Assembly: GCA_963719225.1 (NCBI GenBank)
Contig: CAVRAY010000002.1
Location: 480,001 to 544,000 of the forward strand
DNA from: Thermoanaerobaculia bacterium
GTDB taxonomy: Bacteria > Acidobacteriota > Thermoanaerobaculia > UBA5066
Direction: 5' to 3'
DNA: 64,000 bases
The notes under the pieces: model-generated
Seen by the model: the letters and a program-made list of their open reading frames with translations, nothing else
Told to the model about the DNA's origin: nothing
The model's database searches: none
Shown: positions 58,456-64,000 of the stretch, piece by piece
Layout of the letters: every line of letters starts with the position of its first letter
How positions within the stretch are numbered: position 1 is the stretch's first letter
Program-made: the position numbers and the translations under genes

Positions 58456-60521
58456 GCGAAGAACTCTCCGCGTTCCGTGCCGAACTGCTCGCCGAGGTCA
58501 AAACTCTAGCGAGCGCTGACGGCAATTTCATGCACACGGCGTTCGTCGAGCGTGCGGGCGAGCTGCTTGAAGAAGCCGAAGAGATCTTCGATTTTGCGTC
58601 GTGCTATTACCGCGGTACGGGCTCGCGGCACAGAAGCTCCGGCGTCGATGGCTACGCGTTCGATGACGCGGACGAATCTCTCCGCTGTGTAATAGCGGAA
58701 TTCTCGGGTGGCCCGGAACTTCCGACCCTGAACCAGACTACCGCTCGTGGGATGTTTGGACGTGCACAGACTTTCGTCGAGGATTCACTCTCCGGCCGGA
58801 ACCACGCACAGCTTGAAGAGAGCACACCAGCCTACGATCTGGCCCGTGAGATTCAGCGCAGGGCAACGGGGGTATCAAAGTGCCGGTTCTTCCTCGTCAC
58901 CGACTCGGTACTGAGTGAGCGGGTTCGTGATTGGCCGGAGGCAGAAGTCGCCGGAATGCGGGCCGAGTTTCACATCTGGGACGTGTCACGGTTCCATCGC
59001 CTGCGCCTCTCCAAGACCGGCCGGGATGAGCTCTACGTTGACTTCAGAGAGTCGGTTCCGGGAGGCGTTCCCGGAATCCAGGCGAGCATGGCAACAACGG
59101 AGTACGCCGCCTATCTGTGCGTCCTGCCTGGGCGCGCTCTAGCCGATATCTACGATAAGTACGGTAGTCGACTACTGGAAGGCAATGTTCGCTCGTTCCT
59201 GAGCGCGACGGGCAAGATCAATAAAGGTATCCGGGCGACGATTCTGAAGGAGCCCGGAATGTTCTTTGCCTATAACAACGGTATCGCCTGCACTGCATCA
59301 GCCCTTACGCTGAACGAAGAGTCCGGCGCGCTGAGAATCGAGGGTGCAAAGGACTTTCAGATAGTCAATGGCGGGCAGACAACAGCCTCCCTAGCCAACG
59401 CACGCCGTCGCGATGGCGCATCGCTGGATGGCACGTTTGTTCAAATGAAACTCTCCGTCATCGACAACGAAACCTCGGGCGCCATTATCCCGCGGATATC
59501 ACGGTACGCCAACTCCCAGAACCGAGTGTCGGACGCTGATTTCTTCTCAAACCATGACTATCACAGGCTCTTGGAGTCGATATCCCGGCGGTTGCGTGCA
59601 CCTGCGAGGGCCGGAGCGCAGATTGAAACGTTCTGGTTCTACGAACGGGCTAGGGGCAGTACGCCTCCGAGTTAGCCGCTTGACGGCGGCACAGCGGCGG
59701 CGATTCGAATTGGACCATCCTCGCACTCAGGTTATTACGAAGACGGATCTGGCGAAGGTGGAGAACGCGTGGCGACTGCTACCACATGAGGTAAGTAAGG
59801 GGGCCCAGAAGAACTCTCCTGGAAGTTCGCTGAGTTCGTGACCGAAGAGTGGGACCGCAAGTCAGATCAATTCAGCGATGAGTACTTTCGTGCAGTAGTC
59901 GCGCATTCAATTGTCTGGCGGCGTCTTGAGGCGATTGTGCCGAAGCAGCCGTGGTACGGGGGTGGATATCGCGCGAACATCGTTGCATTTGCCTTCGCCC
60001 GCCTGGCGCGTCTGATTCAGGAGGAAATGGACGGAAGCGCGCTAAACGTGCCCGCGATATGGCGTGGCCAGGCAGTCTCTCCGACCTTTGAGGCACAGCT
60101 AGTCGCCATTGCAAAAGCGGTGTTTGACGTTATCGTCGCCCCGGAGGCAGGCATACAGAACGTCACGGAGTGGTGCAAGAAAGAGCTATGTACGCAACGC
60201 GCTCTCGCGGTGCCCGTTGACGTGGTTGCGGGCTTCGAGGATGAACTGGCTGAGGGTGATGAGGAACGTGCGCGGCTTCGAGAGGGACGGGAGGGAGCGC
60301 GCATTGCGGCAGGCCTGGAGGCGACCACGGCGGTCCTTGAATACGGCGCGGAAAACTGGCGGCGGGTACGCGACTGGGCTAGGGGGAAAAGTTCGGTCAG
60401 CCCAGTAGAAGACCGGCTCCTTAGCCTTGTATGTGGTGCGGGGCGTATCCCGAACCCCCGTCAAAGCGGCGAGCTTCTGGGGATTCTGAGCCGGTTGGAG
60501 GGCGAGGGATTCAGCCGGTGA
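58452..60521 (+). CDS. AIPR family protein (MzaE-like), frameshifts near 59665 and 59820
   Basis: LLEGNVRSFL, FFAYNNG, QIVNGGQTT, ANSQN, WFYERARG, KTDLAK, GYRANIV, EWCKKE. Confidence 0.92.
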
Positions 60522-60863
60522 TTTGGGGCAAGGATCTACACTCTCGGCGAAACGTCCCTCGCCAGCGACGCAAGTCGTTGAATGGCAGCTGGATAGAGCC
60601 TTGGTGGCCTGGCACAGGACTAGGAAACACCCCGGGGCAACACGCGGAATGATCGAGGTGGAGATGCGGCAGCCCACGTACTGGCTTGATCTCTTCACTG
60701 GAGCAACGTGGAAGGAATTCCTCGACGCCGGCGCCGCGGTCTCTGGGTTCCGCGAGAGGCGGTGGACAACCGTTCAGAAGATCAAGCCGGGAGATTTTCT
60801 ACTCTGCTACCTCACCGGGCTGTCCCGGTTCATCGCTGTTCCAACACTTGAGAGGATGGAGCC

Positions 60864-62050
<1,187 letters not shown>

Positions 62051-63065
62051 TGAAGTCGTCTCTGGAGCATTCCGGGAAGAGACGGGAATCTGGAAGGACG
62101 AGTCGTTCCCGTGCCGGCTCCATGTGAAGACGTCGATCACGCTAACCCCCGAGACGGCTGTTCCGATACAGGATCTTCGCGAGCACTTATCCATCTTCAA
62201 GAATCTCAGGAGTTCAAACGCTTGGACCGGGCACCTGCGCGGCTCGCCGACAAAGTGGTCTATTGAGGATGGCCGCACGGTCGTCCAAGCTCTGAACGCG
62301 GCACGATCGAACCCGGTCAAACGGGAGGTAGATCCGACGAAGCTCGCGCGCCGGCCGCGAGGCTTCGTCGCAAAGATCGGGGCCGTGGTTGTTCCGGGTA
62401 CAGTCGAGTCGACGGTCACTGAACAGGAGACCGTCGAGGCCGAAACGACGCCGCACACGGAAATACAGTCGCTGCTCCTGAGGCTTGGCAGCGATATGGC
62501 CCTCGATGTCTGGGTCGCCCGCAACGACCGCAGCAGAGTCTCCAACGGAGCGAAGCTCGGAGCGATGCCGAGAATTAAGACGGAGCTGCCCGTTCAGTTC
62601 GACGAAGCCACCAACAGGACGATCGAGCTAATCGACGTTCTTTGGCTCAAGGGAAACGCGATCGTCGCGGCTTTTGAGGTGGAAAGCACGACGTCCATCT
62701 ACTCAGGGCTCTTGCGGATGGCGGACCTCCTCGCAATGCAGCCCAACCTCAACATTCCTTTGTTCTTGGTCGCGCCTGCGGAGAGACGCAACAAGGTGAT
62801 CGCGGAGGTCAACCGGCCGACCTTCCACCGACTCTCGCCGCCCCTCGTTCAGGTGTGCCGCTATATATCATTCGAGAGCCTCCGAGCGAAGATCCTTGAG
62901 GCAGGCTCGCTCGTCAGGTACCTGAAGGCGGAATTTCTCGAGGAGCTTTCTGAAACGTGCGCTCTCGACGAAGCGTAGTTCTACGCGACGAGGGCCCAAG
63001 ACCCTGGCATAAGATAGGCGGCGCCCTGAGGCAGAAGCACCAGAAGACGAAGAAAGAGGGGCCTC

Positions 63066-63791
63066 GTGGCTAACTTCTTCGAGGACGAGAAGAAGTATCC
63101 GGACAACAAACCTCGGGAGAACTTCATCTTTCTCGGATACCCGTTCGAACCGCCGCTCCCCTTGGACGATTATCGGAAGGCGGTCAAGGAGCTTCAGGCA
63201 GAACTGCCGCTTCGGTTCTGGTACTTTCTCGACGAGATCACGACCGCCGAGATGATGCGAAAGATCTGGCGCGCAATCCTCCGCTCCGATCTTGCGGTAT
63301 TCGATATCTCGCGCGGGAACCCGAATGTCGCACTCGAGCTCGGTCTCGCCTTAGGAGTGAATAAGACGTGCATGACGATCCTGAAGACCGGAGAAGCTAA
63401 TCCGCTCGGGAGGGCCGACCTCGGCTATGCGGAACGGGCGGAATACCAGTCGGTAACGACCCTGAAGGACACCCTACGACGACTCGCGGTAGCGAAGTCC
63501 TCGGGCCTCCGGAAGATCCGCGATATCTCCTACCGATTGCACGACCCGGCTCAAGGTACTCGCGAGGATCTGGAGAAGCAGATTGCGCAGGTGCTCCACA
63601 CTGTGTTTGTCTCGAAGAAAGTGACGAAGGCACACGCGGAGAAGACCCTTGGCCAGCGGAGAGCCGCTGACTCGGTCTTGGACACACTCCGAGAGAACGG
63701 CGTCCTCCAGATCGAGGGGCAAAAGGGCGGCGCAAAGTGGGTCTTCACCGACGCGTGGGTTCACGGCGATCACGAAGTCGCCGGAGAATAG
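63066..63791 (+). CDS. Nucleoside 2-deoxyribosyltransferase-like (NDT/TIR-like fold) protein with a C-terminal winged helix
   Basis: FLGYPF, I..SDLAVFDIS..NPNVALELGLA; C-terminal VTK.....LG......L..L...GVL..EG..GGAKW. Confidence 0.72.
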   Translation: MANFFEDEKKYPDNKPRENFIFLGYPFEPPLPLDDYRKAVKELQAELPLRFWYFLDEITTAEMMRKIWRAILRSDLAVFDISRGNPNVALELGLALGVNKTCMTILKTGEANPLGRADLGYAERAEYQSVTTLKDTLRRLAVAKSSGLRKIRDISYRLHDPAQGTREDLEKQIAQVLHTVFVSKKVTKAHAEKTLGQRRAADSVLDTLRENGVLQIEGQKGGAKWVFTDAWVHGDHEVAGE

Positions 63792-64000
63792 AATCGACCT
63801 GCTCCCCGAGGATGGGCCACTCAGGATGTGAGAGCTCGCCCCCCCGGTGAGCCGCCGCTGCTTCGGCGCGGGGGTCAGCGAAAGAATCATGCCTGTTGTC
63901 GCCGGATCGGGAATGAAAACAGGTAGTCATCGTTGCCTTCACGCCAAAGCCCGATGGCGATGTCTCCCAAGGGCGCCCATCGGGCGATTACTCCAGTATC

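Noticed and set aside
47912-60521. Programmed frameshifting or phase variation in defence genes
   Set aside because: No consistent slippery sequences or long tracts, and similar indels occur in backbone genes.

Overview
High-GC (about 70%) bacterial chromosomal DNA; the gene content would fit an Acidobacteria/Myxococcota-like organism, which is a guess. Many single-base frameshifts look like uncorrected long-read indels. 1-41.6 kb is mostly metabolic and envelope backbone: GH1, tRNA-Arg(TCT), enoyl-CoA hydratase, FAD oxidoreductase, two c-type cytochromes, GAF/PAS-GGDEF-EAL, tryptophanase, an operon of a giant secreted protein + alpha-2-macroglobulin + PbpC, BNR glycosidase, RCK K+ channel, Fic-aminotransferase-APC permease, GH47, a rhodanese/serine-hydrolase fusion and a CHRD protein. 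A small islet behind the tRNA has repeated tRNA 3' ends, an orphan Tae4-type amidase, an orphan Hcp and gene relics. 41.6-64 kb is a defence/accessory island: six TA modules in which antitoxins are intact but most toxins are broken; a WYL regulator with GACA-N5-TGTC palindromes whose 3' end is duplicated around a foreign cassette; a GIY-YIG protein; a TM0106 nuclease-helicase coupled to dcm-vsr-MORC-Z1-DUF4420-AIPR (Mza-like); an EVE-nuclease split by an IS3 element lacking terminal repeats; and an NDT-like/wHTH protein. No integrase or CRISPR array is visible. The most striking pattern is cassette accumulation at the 3' ends of anchor genes, leaving short gene stubs at the junctions. All family calls are by eye from motifs, not from database searches.
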